A stretch of 64,000 nt of DNA from Candidatus Uhrbacteria bacterium (GTDB lineage Bacteria; Patescibacteriota; Patescibacteriia; UBA9934; GWF2-40-263). The position numbers and the translations under genes are program-made. The notes under the pieces were generated by a model that was not told where the DNA came from, ran no database searches, and worked only from the letters and a program-made list of their open reading frames with translations. The stretch lies in assembly GCA_016844925.1 (NCBI GenBank), contig JAERTI010000036.1, positions 79,863 through 143,862 of the forward strand, in the 5' to 3' direction. Numbering within the stretch: position 1 is the first letter of the stretch; each line of letters begins with the position of its first letter. Below are positions 1-9,845 of the stretch, in pieces.

Positions 1-2141
1 CGGTCTACATAATGCAAGAGACTGTGATACTGCGCGTACAAACGTTCCTCTCGATAACTTTCAGGGGTGAACTCTGTGGCGAGTTTTTCTGAGGCGCGAT
101 CGACGATGACTGATGTCGATGTAATCTCTCCGTCGAGCACGGCTTTTCCGGTTGCCTCAATTGTTGGGCTCGCGAATGATTCGATGGCTGTATCCTCAAG
201 TGCGCGTCTCATAAACGCGTTCCAAATCGGTCCGGCGACGTTTGATCCACCCGCCTTGGCACTCATGGTTTCGTTATCGTTGTTCCCCGCCCAGACTCCA
301 GCAGCGAGCGATGGGGTGTAGCCCATAAGCCAGGCGTCGCGAGAGTCATTGGTGGTACCTGTTTTAGCTGCAACAGGTCGGTCGCCAAGCTGAAGGTAAC
401 TATTTGCACCGAAGAATGGTGTGCGAGCGTCGTTGTCAGAGAGGACATGAGTAATGGTTCGTGCGACGTTTTCATCAATAACTTCTTTTCCATCACGCTC
501 TTTCCACTCCTCAAGCACGACGCCGTCTGAGTCTTCCACGCGCAGGATTGTGGCAATGTCGTTGCGTACACCTTCGTTGGCAAAGACCGCGTAAGCGTTC
601 GTGTGTTCCAGGAGCTGTACTTCTCCACCTCCTAGCACTAGAGAGAGTCCAAAGGCACTGTGATCGCCAAAGGAGCTGTAGCCGAGGCTGGTAGCAAAGT
701 CCAGAGCGTTTTCTACACCGGTCATGTAGACCATCTTTACCGATGGGATATTCAGAGAGCCCTGCAAGGCATTGCGGAGGCGAATAGGTCCGCGCTCTTC
801 CAGGTCGTAGTTGTTTGGTATGTAGTCACCCGTAATGGTTGGGAAGGTTGTCAGCACATCCCAGGTGACGGTGTTGGGGGTGTAGCCCATTTCAAACGCC
901 TTGGTAAAGACAATTGGTTTGAAGCTGGATCCTGGCTGACGTAGTCGAGTGGCGACGTTTACCTGCCCGTCGATTTCATCATCGAAGTAATCTTTTGATC
1001 CCACCATCGCGAGCACTTGCCCCGTCTTTGGGTCAATAGCAACGAGGGCGGCGTTTGAGAAGTTGTACGTCTCGCTTAGTTGTTCTACGCCAAGGGCCAC
1101 CTCTTCTTCAGCAATTGTTTGTTTATCAAAGTCGAGTGTCGTGATGACCCTCATGCCCCCTTCTTCTACCGCACGACGGCCATAGGTCTCTTCTAGCTGT
1201 TCTTTCACATGCAAGACAAAGTGTGGTGCATCGATGTTGGTGATAGACACCTCGATAGACGTATCCTCTAAGAGAGCCGCGTCGTGGTCTTCTTGTGTGA
1301 TGAACTCAAGTTCTAGCATCTCGCCCAAGATGTAGTCGCGGCGGGCTTGCAAGCGATCAGGGTTGTTTAGGTAGGTGGTTGGCGCCTTTGGAAGAGCGGC
1401 AAGTGTGACAGCCTCTGAGAGAGAGAGTTCCCCGGCACTTTTGCGGAAGTAGTTTTGTGCAGAGGCTTCAATACCGTAGTAGGTGGAGCCGTAAGGAATT
1501 TCGTTGAAGTAAATCTGAAGGATTTCATCTTTGGTATAACGCCGTTCCAGCTCCAGGGACAAGATAAGTTCCTTGGCTTTTCGGATGATGGTTTTCTCGT
1601 TTGAGAGAATGGCGTTCTTCACCAACTGCTGCGTGAGTGTTGATCCTCCAACGCGGTTTCCCATGAGGTTCTGGATGACCGCACGAGCAAAACCTTTGAA
1701 GTCAAACCCAGAGTGACTGCAGAAGTTGCGGTCCTCAGCGGCAATAGTGGCCTGCAGGGCGTAGAGAGGAATGCCCTCCGGGTCGAGGTCGAGTTCAGAT
1801 CCGTCACCACAGAAACCGCTCTGTACCTGTTTGAGTGTGCGGTTCTCTTCGCCAAAAATTTCGTACAGAAGGTGTTCTCCTGTGCGATCATAGATCTTTG
1901 TTGTTTGCGAAATGGTTCTCTCGGTGAGGGAGTTTGGGTTCGGGAGATCTCGAGAGATGTACGCCATGAATCCCAGGAGAACTAAGGCGCCCAATAGACC
2001 ACCGGCGATTCCCAGGAGGATGAGATTTTTTAGGATGGATCCACGATCAAATCTTCGTTTGGACCCTGAGCGTCTTCGGCGACGCTTTCGTCCTCCACGT
2101 GATCCTTTCCAAGTTGACTGGTTATAGGTGTGTTTTGACAT
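1..2141 (-). CDS. Class A penicillin-binding protein (PBP1A family), 3' end runs off the window
   Basis: Missed by the ORF track. Reverse-strand translation from ATG at 2141 (GGAGGT SD) gives a basic N-terminus plus TM helix, transglycosylase motifs AEDRNF, GGSTLTQQLVKN and RKAKE, and transpeptidase motifs RQPGSSFK, SLN and KTGT. Confidence 0.93.
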   Translation of the reverse strand, partial: MSKHTYNQSTWKGSRGGRKRRRRRSGSKRRFDRGSILKNLILLGIAGGLLGALVLLGFMAYISRDLPNPNSLTERTISQTTKIYDRTGEHLLYEIFGEENRTLKQVQSGFCGDGSELDLDPEGIPLYALQATIAAEDRNFCSHSGFDFKGFARAVIQNLMGNRVGGSTLTQQLVKNAILSNEKTIIRKAKELILSLELERRYTKDEILQIYFNEIPYGSTYYGIEASAQNYFRKSAGELSLSEAVTLAALPKAPTTYLNNPDRLQARRDYILGEMLELEFITQEDHDAALLEDTSIEVSITNIDAPHFVLHVKEQLEETYGRRAVEEGGMRVITTLDFDKQTIAEEEVALGVEQLSETYNFSNAALVAIDPKTGQVLAMVGSKDYFDDEIDGQVNVATRLRQPGSSFKPIVFTKAFEMGYTPNTVTWDVLTTFPTITGDYIPNNYDLEERGPIRLRNALQGSLNIPSVKMVYMTGVENALDFATSLGYSSFGDHSAFGLSLVLGGGEVQLLEHTNAYAVFANEGVRNDIATILRVEDSDGVVLEEWKERDGKEVIDENVARTITHVLSDNDARTPFFGANSYLQLGDRPVAAKTGTTNDSRDAWLMGYTPSLAAGVWAGNNDNETMSAKAGGSNVAGPIWNAFMRRALEDTAIESFASPTIEATGKAVLDGEITSTSVIVDRASEKLATEFTPESYREERLYAQYHSLLHYVD

Positions 2142-2350
2142 AAGACCTCCCCAGAATACCCAGTTTTTGGCCGTTTTGAAAGGTCGTGGACAAAATGGGG
2201 AAAACTGTCGGTCGGATTCGGACAGAGGTGGGTGCAGATAATGATGTATTGATGGGGCCTTGCGCACTTTTCCACAAAATACAGGGGAAGAACTGGGTGC
2301 ATGAGGGGGCGAGGTCGTAGCATGAGGGCAGTAAGTCTTGTCGATAATCT

Positions 2351-4180
2351 ATGTGTGGAATTGTTGGGTACGTAGGAACAAAACAGGCGGCACCTGTTCT
2401 CATGGAGGGGCTGCGAAAGCTCGAATATCGGGGATATGACTCCGCGGGAGTCTGTATTCAGAACGGTCGTCTGACGACCGTACGGTCAGAAGGAAAGATT
2501 GATGCGCTTGATGAAAAAGTGGGACGACACCATCTTCAGGGGACAGCAGGTATTGCCCACACACGTTGGGCAACACATGGGGTTCCTGAGGAGAGGAATG
2601 CGCACCCACATCGAGACTGCCAAGGAACGGTGGCCGTGGTGCATAACGGCATTATCGAGAACTTTGCCGAGCTTCGGGCTCAGCTCATCGGTGAGGGGCA
2701 TGCGTTTCATTCCGATACGGATAGTGAGGTGTTGGCGCATCTGATTGAGCGTGAGCGGTCTGCTGGGCATGTGGGCGTGCAGTGTGTGAGAGAGGCTCTT
2801 AAGTATGTTCGAGGGACGTATGGTCTTGTAGTGATGTTTAAAGATGTCCCTCAGACCCTCCTTGCTGCGCGCATGGGAAGTCCCTTGGTCATTGGTATTG
2901 GAGAGGGAGAACATTTTATTGCCTCAGACCCTTCGGCGCTTATTGAACACACACGCGACGTGATGTTTCTTGATGATGGAGAAATTGCCGCGATTAATTC
3001 TGAGGGGATCAATTTGTGTACGCTCGAGCAGCAGCAGGTTCCTCATAGAGTCGAGCATTTGGATTGGGATGTGGAGGCCGCGACTCGAGAGGGACATGCG
3101 CATTACATGCTGAAAGAGATTCTGGAGCAGCCGAAGGTCATAGAGAATAGTACTCGTGGAAGGATCGATTTGATTGCCGGACGAGCGGTCCTTGGGGGCC
3201 TTGATGAAGTATCTGACCGACTGAAGGAAATCGATCGGATCGTGATTGTCGGATGTGGGAGCGCGTACTACGCAGGGCTTGTTGGCGAGTATTTGTTCGA
3301 GGAGCTCGCGGGCGTGCCGGTGGAGGTTGAACTTGCCTCAGAGTTTCGGTATCGCAAGCCAATTATCACTGAGCGGACAGCTGTACTGGCCGTGAGTCAA
3401 AGTGGTGAGACGGCAGACACCCTTGAGGCTATTCGTGAGGCGAAACGAAAACACGCGCTCACGCTCGGGTTAGTGAACGTCGTGGGTTCATCGATTGCAC
3501 GCGCAACAGATGCTGGCGTGTACAACCATGCTGGTCCAGAGATTGGCGTCGCGTCGACAAAAGCTTTCGTGAGCCAGATGACAGTCCTTACCTTGATGGC
3601 TGTTCACTTGGGGCAGTTGCGAGGAACGCTCGATGGCGCGCGCGGTCATGAAGTGCTTGCTGGGTTGTATGAAATGCCGGAGTTGGTGCAGCAAGTTTTG
3701 TCATCGCGTGAGCAGATTGCGAGCGTCATGGAGCGATTCAGGGGGATGGAGAATTGTCTCTTTCTTGGACGAAAGTTCCAGGCGCCGATTGCGTATGAAG
3801 GTGCCCTCAAACTTAAAGAGGTGAGTTATGTGCATGCCGAGGGATACAGCTCGGGGGAGATGAAGCATGGACCGATTGCCCTCATTGATCAGAGCTTCCC
3901 ATCGATTGTGCTGTGCCCGCAGGACAGCGTGTATGAGAAAACGTGTTCAAATATTTCTGAGCTCCGTGCGCGCAAGGGACCGATCATTGCCGTGACGACG
4001 TGTGGTCCCATGGGGGCTGTTCCTGCAGATGAAGTCATTACAGTGCCGCACACAATTGAAGCACTTCAGCCAATTCTTACCGTCATTCCGTTGCAGTTAA
4101 TCGCTTACGAGGCAGCTGTGGCACGGGGCTTAGACCCGGATAAACCAAGGAACCTAGCCAAGAGTGTAACGGTTGAATAA
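2351..4180 (+). CDS. glmS: Glutamine--fructose-6-phosphate aminotransferase
   Basis: MCGIVG N-terminus, HTRWATHG, SQSGETADT, C-terminal PRNLAKSVTVE. Confidence 0.98.
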   Translation: MCGIVGYVGTKQAAPVLMEGLRKLEYRGYDSAGVCIQNGRLTTVRSEGKIDALDEKVGRHHLQGTAGIAHTRWATHGVPEERNAHPHRDCQGTVAVVHNGIIENFAELRAQLIGEGHAFHSDTDSEVLAHLIERERSAGHVGVQCVREALKYVRGTYGLVVMFKDVPQTLLAARMGSPLVIGIGEGEHFIASDPSALIEHTRDVMFLDDGEIAAINSEGINLCTLEQQQVPHRVEHLDWDVEAATREGHAHYMLKEILEQPKVIENSTRGRIDLIAGRAVLGGLDEVSDRLKEIDRIVIVGCGSAYYAGLVGEYLFEELAGVPVEVELASEFRYRKPIITERTAVLAVSQSGETADTLEAIREAKRKHALTLGLVNVVGSSIARATDAGVYNHAGPEIGVASTKAFVSQMTVLTLMAVHLGQLRGTLDGARGHEVLAGLYEMPELVQQVLSSREQIASVMERFRGMENCLFLGRKFQAPIAYEGALKLKEVSYVHAEGYSSGEMKHGPIALIDQSFPSIVLCPQDSVYEKTCSNISELRARKGPIIAVTTCGPMGAVPADEVITVPHTIEALQPILTVIPLQLIAYEAAVARGLDPDKPRNLAKSVTVE

Positions 4181-4284
4181 ACGATGTATTCGTCTTGGTT
4201 TTCGGAAGTGGTGAAGTGAAGTTTTTTCTAGCAAAATTAGGTCTCAAACGTTTTATTCTGTCGCTCACACTGAGGATAAGGTGA

Positions 4285-4313
4285 TTGACAGAGAGGGTTC
4301 AATATGCTATCCT
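4285..4313 (+). promoter_or_regulatory. Sigma70-type promoter of the 3D-domain gene
   Basis: TTGACA-17 nt-TATCCT with TG extension. Confidence 0.6.
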
Positions 4314-4414
4314 ACAAGCGCTCCCAAGAAAGGGGAGCTTTTTGTTTGCGGATATTTTTACGTCTAAACTTATTTTGCCTACCCAGTGCCATCTGTAGGA
4401 GGAAGGTGCCGGGT

Positions 4415-5038
4415 ATGTTGAATAAGACATTCACACAATTTAAAAATCTTTGGGAAGAGGATGTTTTGTATTCTCGGACAGTGACGTTTTTTACGTACAC
4501 TCTTTGGGAGCGCGTGAACCGCGCGACAGCACCTCTTCGTCGTCATACAGCAAATCTTTCGGTGATCGCGTTTGTGGCTGTGGCATCGGTGTACGTATTG
4601 TTCCCAACCATTGCGAACGCGGACATGGAGCATGAGCGCGTCGGCCTCGATGGCCAGACGGTGCAGATGATTGTTGCGGCGATGCAGAACGAGACCGTGC
4701 AGTACGGAACGTTTCCTGTGGCTGAAGATGCTGCTCCGCGTCATGAGTACACGATCCCTTTGACGGCTTACACGTCAGAGGTTTGGCAGACTGACGACAC
4801 ACCATGTATTACGGCGTCCGGTTTGGATGTTTGTGAGCGTAACGTTGAGAACGTTGTGGCAGCAAACTTTTTGCCGATTGGGACACGTGTACGCATTCCA
4901 GAACTCTTTGGTGACCGTGTCTTTTACGTAGAAGACCGTATGAACCGACGCTACCACTACAAGATGGATGTCTGGATGAGAGACCTCCAGGATGCGAGGA
5001 ACTTCGGACTTCAGTATGCGACCGTAGAAGTGTTTTAA
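4415..5038 (+). CDS. Membrane-anchored 3D-domain (MltA-like) cell-wall protein
   Basis: TAYTS...TD..PCITASG, VAANFLPIGT.VRIP, VEDRM, MDVWM...A..FG; AGGAGG upstream of ATG 4415. Confidence 0.85.
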   Translation: MLNKTFTQFKNLWEEDVLYSRTVTFFTYTLWERVNRATAPLRRHTANLSVIAFVAVASVYVLFPTIANADMEHERVGLDGQTVQMIVAAMQNETVQYGTFPVAEDAAPRHEYTIPLTAYTSEVWQTDDTPCITASGLDVCERNVENVVAANFLPIGTRVRIPELFGDRVFYVEDRMNRRYHYKMDVWMRDLQDARNFGLQYATVEVF

Positions 5039-5048
5039 ACACGGTTGT

Positions 5049-5076
5049 AAAAACCGCCCATAAGGGGCGGTTTTTT
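5049..5076. terminator. Intrinsic terminator, probably bidirectional
   Basis: AAAAACCGCCC-ATAAG-GGGCGGTTTTT. Confidence 0.8.
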
Positions 5077-5129
5077 GGTTGAATGGATTGACAACAGAAA
5101 AGAACAGGGTTTTGCCCTGTTCTTTTTCA

Positions 5130-5206
5130 TGGAGGCCACGGTCGGATTCGAACCGACGCATAGAGGTTTTGCAGACCCCCGCGTTAACCAACTTCGCCAC
5201 GTGGCC
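5130..5206 (-). tRNA. tRNA-Cys(GCA)
   Basis: Cloverleaf GGCCACG...CT-GCA-AA...GGTTCGAATCC...CCA. Confidence 0.96.
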
Positions 5207-5269
5207 ACGTGCCAGGGGAGGATATCAGATCAAGAAGATCCCTTCAATCCCTGGTATACTGGGCTCACT

Positions 5270-5770
5270 ATGGAAAATCACAACGGAGAAATTAACGATC
5301 ATTCAAGCAAGCCACCGTTTGAATATAACTTCATTACGGAGCAAATCCTCTTAGGTACCAATGCTTGTTGCATGGTGCACTTTGATAAGGGACTTATTGA
5401 AATGGGGGTTCGAGGTGACATCTCACTGGAGGAAGAGCGGTTGGATGCTGCTCAGGGGGCAGAGTTCTTTCTCTGGTTGCCGGTGAAGGATCATACGCCT
5501 CCGTCCATGGCGCAGCTCCGTGTTGGGACACATACTCTGCGAGAGCTCGTGGACTCTGGTGAGAAGGTGTACGTTCACTGTCGTAACGGCCACGGCCGTG
5601 GACCATCGCTTGTGGTGGCGTACTTCATTCTCTTGGGGGATGATTTTGAAACGGCTCACGCTAAAGTGAAGGAGAAGCGTTCCGTGATTCATTTGGATGA
5701 CGGACAGATCGAGAGACTTAAAGAATTTGCTACATGGTGCCGAGAGGAGCACTCACAAGATGCTGAGTAA
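5270..5770 (+). CDS. Dual-specificity protein phosphatase family
   Basis: HCRNGHGR (HCxxGxxR) P-loop and upstream acid loop PVKDHTPP; start taken at ATG 5270 after TGGTATACT. Confidence 0.88.
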   Translation: MENHNGEINDHSSKPPFEYNFITEQILLGTNACCMVHFDKGLIEMGVRGDISLEEERLDAAQGAEFFLWLPVKDHTPPSMAQLRVGTHTLRELVDSGEKVYVHCRNGHGRGPSLVVAYFILLGDDFETAHAKVKEKRSVIHLDDGQIERLKEFATWCREEHSQDAE

Positions 5771-5771
5771 T

Positions 5772-6659
5772 ATGATCATGACTGTTGCGATTTTAACGGG
5801 GGGAGAAAGTGCTGAGCGCGAGGTGGCGCTTAAGTCAGCTGCGTATGTTCAGGAGAAGTTGTCCGAGCAAGTTACGACAGAGCTATACGTGTTTCCTAGG
5901 GACATCGAGCGTTTTATAAAAGACCGACCGACACTTGTTGCCGCTGTGCCCGTTTTTCATGGGAGAGGAGGTGAAGATGGTGTCGTACAAGGATTTTTGG
6001 AATTGGCTGGGATGGACTATGTGTTCTCTGGTGTGAGAGCTCATTCTATTGCCATGGATAAAGCCCAGGCAAAATGTCTTGTAAAAGAGGTAGGGTTCAA
6101 TGTTCCAGAAGGAGTGGTTCTTCAGCGTCATGGTCATTACGCGTATCAAGAACCTGTTGTGGTAAAGCCAATGGATGCAGGCAGTTCGATTGGTGTTTCG
6201 GTTGTGCGTAGTGCTGGTGAGCTTGATCAGGCATTGAACAAAGCCTTTGAGCAAAGTGATCGCGTTCTCGTAGAGCAGTTCATTGAAGGGAGAGAGTTTA
6301 CCGTAGGTGTCCTTAATGACGGTGAGGCGCTTCCGGTTATTGAGGTTATCAGCAGGCATGACTTTTTCGATTTTGAATGCAAGTACGATCCAGAGATTTG
6401 TGAGGAGATTGTTGCTCCAGACATTCATGAGGAACTTGCCGAACGTCTTCGCTCTGTCGCTATTGCTGCACACAAGCGTATAGGTGCTCGTCACTTGAGC
6501 CGAACAGATATGATTGTTCGTGATGATGGAGAGATCTTTTTTCTTGAGATTAATACGATTCCAGGACTCACGCCCGTCTCTCTTGTTCCCAAGGCGCTTG
6601 ATGCGGCAGGATATGATTTGGGTGAGTTGTTGATGGGGTGGATCCGTGACATGGGCTAG
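5772..6659 (+). CDS. ddl: D-alanine--D-alanine ligase
   Basis: GGESAEREVALKS, HGRGGEDG, VVKP..AGSSIGV, LEINTIPG. Confidence 0.95.
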   Translation: MIMTVAILTGGESAEREVALKSAAYVQEKLSEQVTTELYVFPRDIERFIKDRPTLVAAVPVFHGRGGEDGVVQGFLELAGMDYVFSGVRAHSIAMDKAQAKCLVKEVGFNVPEGVVLQRHGHYAYQEPVVVKPMDAGSSIGVSVVRSAGELDQALNKAFEQSDRVLVEQFIEGREFTVGVLNDGEALPVIEVISRHDFFDFECKYDPEICEEIVAPDIHEELAERLRSVAIAAHKRIGARHLSRTDMIVRDDGEIFFLEINTIPGLTPVSLVPKALDAAGYDLGELLMGWIRDMG

Positions 6660-6663
6660 TACT

Positions 6664-7209
6664 ATGAAGAAACGAACACTCAGACATGAAATCGTTGATT
6701 CTCTCCGGGAGATTATTTTTGGACTAGAAGATTCACTCGTCTCCACACTCGGTGCGATCACGGGAATTGCTGTGGGAGCGGGGAGTAAGTACATCGTGAT
6801 CCTCTCAGGGCTGGTGTTGATTGCAGCAGAGGGGATGTCCATGGCGGCTGGGAGTTATCTCTCGAGTAAAAGTGCGGCTCAAGCGGAGGAGGCGTTTCAC
6901 CAGAATGGTCCTGTGCAAGAGGCGACGAAGCCGGTTCGTGCAGCAGCGGTCATGGGGGTGTTTTATTTTCTTGGAGGGTTCGTTCCGCTCTTCCCTTACT
7001 TTATTCTCGATGTGCGTACGGCCATTCTTCCATCAGTAGTTGCCACAGCCCTTGTGTTGTTCTTGGTCGGCGTCTGGGCGGCAACCTACACAAAACGCTC
7101 CAAGATTCGTTCTGGGCTTGAGATGATGTTCGTCTCGCTAGCAGCAGCGGGTGTGGGGTATCTCATCGGGCGAGCAGTTGCGACCTTTTTTGGAGTCGAG
7201 GTATCATAA
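6664..7209 (+). CDS. VIT1/CCC1 family Fe/Mn transporter
   Basis: LREIIFGLEDSLVS, SMAAGSYLSSKS, GGFVPLFPY; about 5 TM segments. Confidence 0.9.
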   Translation: MKKRTLRHEIVDSLREIIFGLEDSLVSTLGAITGIAVGAGSKYIVILSGLVLIAAEGMSMAAGSYLSSKSAAQAEEAFHQNGPVQEATKPVRAAAVMGVFYFLGGFVPLFPYFILDVRTAILPSVVATALVLFLVGVWAATYTKRSKIRSGLEMMFVSLAAAGVGYLIGRAVATFFGVEVS

Positions 7210-7215
7210 AGACCT

Positions 7216-7416
7216 ATGACAAGTGAGCCATCACAATTAGGAGAACAGATCGATCAGTGTGACGTGTGCGAGGTTCCCATGGAGGAGATCACCGAGCCCA
7301 TGACAACGGAGCTAGGAAAAAAGCTTTTAAGCTTTTGCACCGAGAAGTGTTATAAGCAGTATCTTGAGGATCCAGCGGCGTACGCGGAATTTGAAGATGA
7401 TACCGTTGTTGAGTAA
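7216..7416 (+). CDS. Small TRASH/YHS-like metal-binding protein
   Basis: CDVC...FCTEKC...Y..DP..Y pattern. Confidence 0.6.
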   Translation: MTSEPSQLGEQIDQCDVCEVPMEEITEPMTTELGKKLLSFCTEKCYKQYLEDPAAYAEFEDDTVVE

Positions 7417-7467
7417 GAAGGGGAGACACCCTTGATTCGGGGGTGTTTTTTTGTTAGCCTCTGTTCG

Positions 7468-8673
7468 ATGCGTATGAAAGATGTCTACCTAGACCATGCC
7501 GCCACAAGCCCTCTTGACCCTCGTGTACGCGAGGTGATGTTGCCGTACCTAGATGATCAATTTGGCAATCCTTCGAGTTTTCACACGGCTGGAAAGCGGG
7601 TGAAAGACGATGTTGAGGCCGCGCGAGCACAGATCGCTGAGCAGCTGAGCGTGCGACCCGATGAAATCCTCTTTACCTCAGGCGGAACCGAGAGTGACAA
7701 TCTGGGTATTCTTGGATACGCACGCAAGAATCAGTCAGCCGGAAAACATCTCATTACGACAAAAATTGAGCACCATGCCGTGCTCGAGGCCATACTGCAC
7801 TTGGAAAAGAAAGAAGGCTTTGAGGTGACGTATCTTGAACCAAATCGAGAAGGTCTGATTACCGTCGCACAAGTTGAAGCTGCTTTGCGTGAGGATACAA
7901 TTCTTGTTTCTGTCATGTATGCCAATAATGAGATCGGAACGGTCTTACCGATTGCGGAGATCGGCAACATGATTCAGAAGTGGCGACAGGAGCATAATCG
8001 ACCAGCGCTGAGGTTTCATACCGACGCCTGTCAGGCGGGTGAGTATCTTGATCTCAATATCGAGCGCCTGCATGTCGACATGCTGACACTCAACGGGTCG
8101 AAGCTTTATGGCCCTAAGGGGATCGGCTTGCTCTACCTCAAGCGTGGCATCAAGCTGCAGCCCTTGCAGTTCGGTGGCGCGCAGGAGCGTGCGCTGCGAC
8201 CTGGGACACAGAACGTGCCGGGAATCATTGGACTCGCTAAGGCTCTAGAGATTGCGCAAAAGAATCGTAAGGCAGAGGTTGAGCGGCTTATCCCATTGCG
8301 CGAGGCTCTTATCGAAGGATTGCAAAAAGCTATTACGAAGACTCGACTTAACGGTCATGCGACAGAGCGCCTCCCAAACAATGTGAACATGTCGTTCATG
8401 GATGTTGAGGGAGAGGCCCTGCTACTATATCTGGATTCACAAGGTGTCTACGCTTCCACGGGGAGCGCCTGCACAAGCGCGTCGCTTGATCCAAGTCACG
8501 TCATCCTGGCGCTCGGGCTGCCATATGAAGTTGCACACGGATCCCTTCGATTCTCTTTGGGACGATCAACAACGCAGGAAGATATCGAATATGTTATTGA
8601 GGTGCTGCCAGCACTTGTGCAAAAACTTCGGGCGCTGAGCCCTGTTAATGTCGATGAGAAATATTTTGTATGA
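7468..8673 (+). CDS. iscS: Cysteine desulfurase IscS/NifS
   Basis: YLDHAATSP, GNPSS.H, FTSGGTESDN, NNEIGT, K.YGPKG, STGSACTS. Confidence 0.96.
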   Translation: MRMKDVYLDHAATSPLDPRVREVMLPYLDDQFGNPSSFHTAGKRVKDDVEAARAQIAEQLSVRPDEILFTSGGTESDNLGILGYARKNQSAGKHLITTKIEHHAVLEAILHLEKKEGFEVTYLEPNREGLITVAQVEAALREDTILVSVMYANNEIGTVLPIAEIGNMIQKWRQEHNRPALRFHTDACQAGEYLDLNIERLHVDMLTLNGSKLYGPKGIGLLYLKRGIKLQPLQFGGAQERALRPGTQNVPGIIGLAKALEIAQKNRKAEVERLIPLREALIEGLQKAITKTRLNGHATERLPNNVNMSFMDVEGEALLLYLDSQGVYASTGSACTSASLDPSHVILALGLPYEVAHGSLRFSLGRSTTQEDIEYVIEVLPALVQKLRALSPVNVDEKYFV

Positions 8674-9341
8674 ACCACAAGCAAGAACCTGTTAAAGGAT
8701 CCAAGGGGGACGTGACGTCTCACGACAAGGCAAAGTCTTGGTTTTATACAGATGTCGTAAAGGACCACTTTTTTAATCCTCGAAACTTCATGCACGAGGA
8801 TGCAAACGAAGAAGATTATAATGCGATTGGAAAGGTGGGGAGTCCCGCCTGTGGGGACGAGCTTCGGGTCTGGATGAAGGTAGATCCTGAGACCGAGAAG
8901 ATCTTAGATTTTCGCTGGAAGACATTTGGGTGTGGGAGCGCGATCGCCTCAACCTCCATGGCGTCTGTGATGGTGACGGAGAACGAAGGGATGACGCTTG
9001 AGCAGGCTCGTCAGATTAAGCCTCAGGACATCATGTCTCGCCTAGGAGGGTTGCCACAGCGAAAGTTTCACTGCTCTGTACTCTGTGACAAGGCTCTGCG
9101 TGATGCGATTAACGACTTCTATCGCCGCACCGAGCAGTTTGATAAGATTGTGACGGAGTCATCTCGGATTATCGATCCTGTGTCAAAGGTGACGGATAAA
9201 GATATTGAAGAAGCCGTTCTTGAGGGGGCTCTGGATATTGAGAAAGTCCAGCAGAAAACAAAGGTAGGCATCGGGAATCCAAGTTGCCTTCCTGCTGTGG
9301 AGGAGCTGATTCGTTTCTATAAGGAAAAGTATTTCGGCTAA
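8670..9341 (+). CDS. nifU: NifU/IscU scaffold with degenerate BFD-like C-terminal domain
   Basis: GKVGSPACGD, FGCGSAIAS, KFHCS; the C-terminal BFD-like region keeps only one Cys. Confidence 0.88.
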   Translation: MNHKQEPVKGSKGDVTSHDKAKSWFYTDVVKDHFFNPRNFMHEDANEEDYNAIGKVGSPACGDELRVWMKVDPETEKILDFRWKTFGCGSAIASTSMASVMVTENEGMTLEQARQIKPQDIMSRLGGLPQRKFHCSVLCDKALRDAINDFYRRTEQFDKIVTESSRIIDPVSKVTDKDIEEAVLEGALDIEKVQQKTKVGIGNPSCLPAVEELIRFYKEKYFG

Positions 9342-9343
9342 AT

Positions 9344-9571
9344 ATGAGTCAGAAAGAACAACTCGAGGCGCGCCTGATACACCTCAAACCCATTCTTGAT
9401 GCCGCTGGTCGTTCGATCGAAGTCGTTTCGATTGATTCACCTGCCGTTACTTTCCGTGTCGCCGGGTTTTGTAATGGTTGCGCTTGCTCGTCATCCTATA
9501 AAGAAGCTCTTGAGGATCTCGTGGCAGACACCTGTCCTGAGCTCACGGAAATTTCATTCATCGAAGAATAG
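9344..9571 (+). CDS. Stand-alone NifU C-terminal (Nfu) domain protein
   Basis: LKPILDAAGRSIEVV...GFCNGC resembles Nfu IRP.L..DGG.IE...G.C.GC. Confidence 0.75.
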   Translation: MSQKEQLEARLIHLKPILDAAGRSIEVVSIDSPAVTFRVAGFCNGCACSSSYKEALEDLVADTCPELTEISFIEE

Positions 9572-9573
9572 TT

Positions 9574-9843
9574 ATGCCTAAGATTCGCGTTGTCGTCGAC
9601 GAAGACCTCTGCATTGGTGCTGCTTCCTGCGTCACTATTGCTCCAGAGACGTTTCAAATGAACGAGGAAAATAAAGCGTGGGTACTTGATCATGGTACAG
9701 AGCCTGATGGTCACACGTATGAACGTTGGATGGAGGTGACCGATGATGAAAAGGAAAACATTATTTTAGCGGCACAGTCTTGCCCCACACTCGCCGTGTT
9801 TATTTTCGACGAGGGTGGCACACAGATTTTTCCAGAGATGTAA
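9574..9843 (+). CDS. Single-cluster ferredoxin, probably [3Fe-4S]
   Basis: CIGAASC...AAQSCP (second Cys position is Ala). Confidence 0.88.
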   Translation: MPKIRVVVDEDLCIGAASCVTIAPETFQMNEENKAWVLDHGTEPDGHTYERWMEVTDDEKENIILAAQSCPTLAVFIFDEGGTQIFPEM

Positions 9844-9845
9844 GT

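Noticed and set aside
2142-2350. Possible glmS ribozyme or oriC in the PBP1A-glmS divergent gap
   Set aside because: No recognisable ribozyme core and no cluster of consensus DnaA boxes.
5075-5269. N-terminal extensions of track ORFs through tRNAs or terminators (also 20393..20659, 29895..30740)
   Set aside because: They run across tRNA genes or hairpins. Downstream ATGs with proximal -10 boxes fit better.
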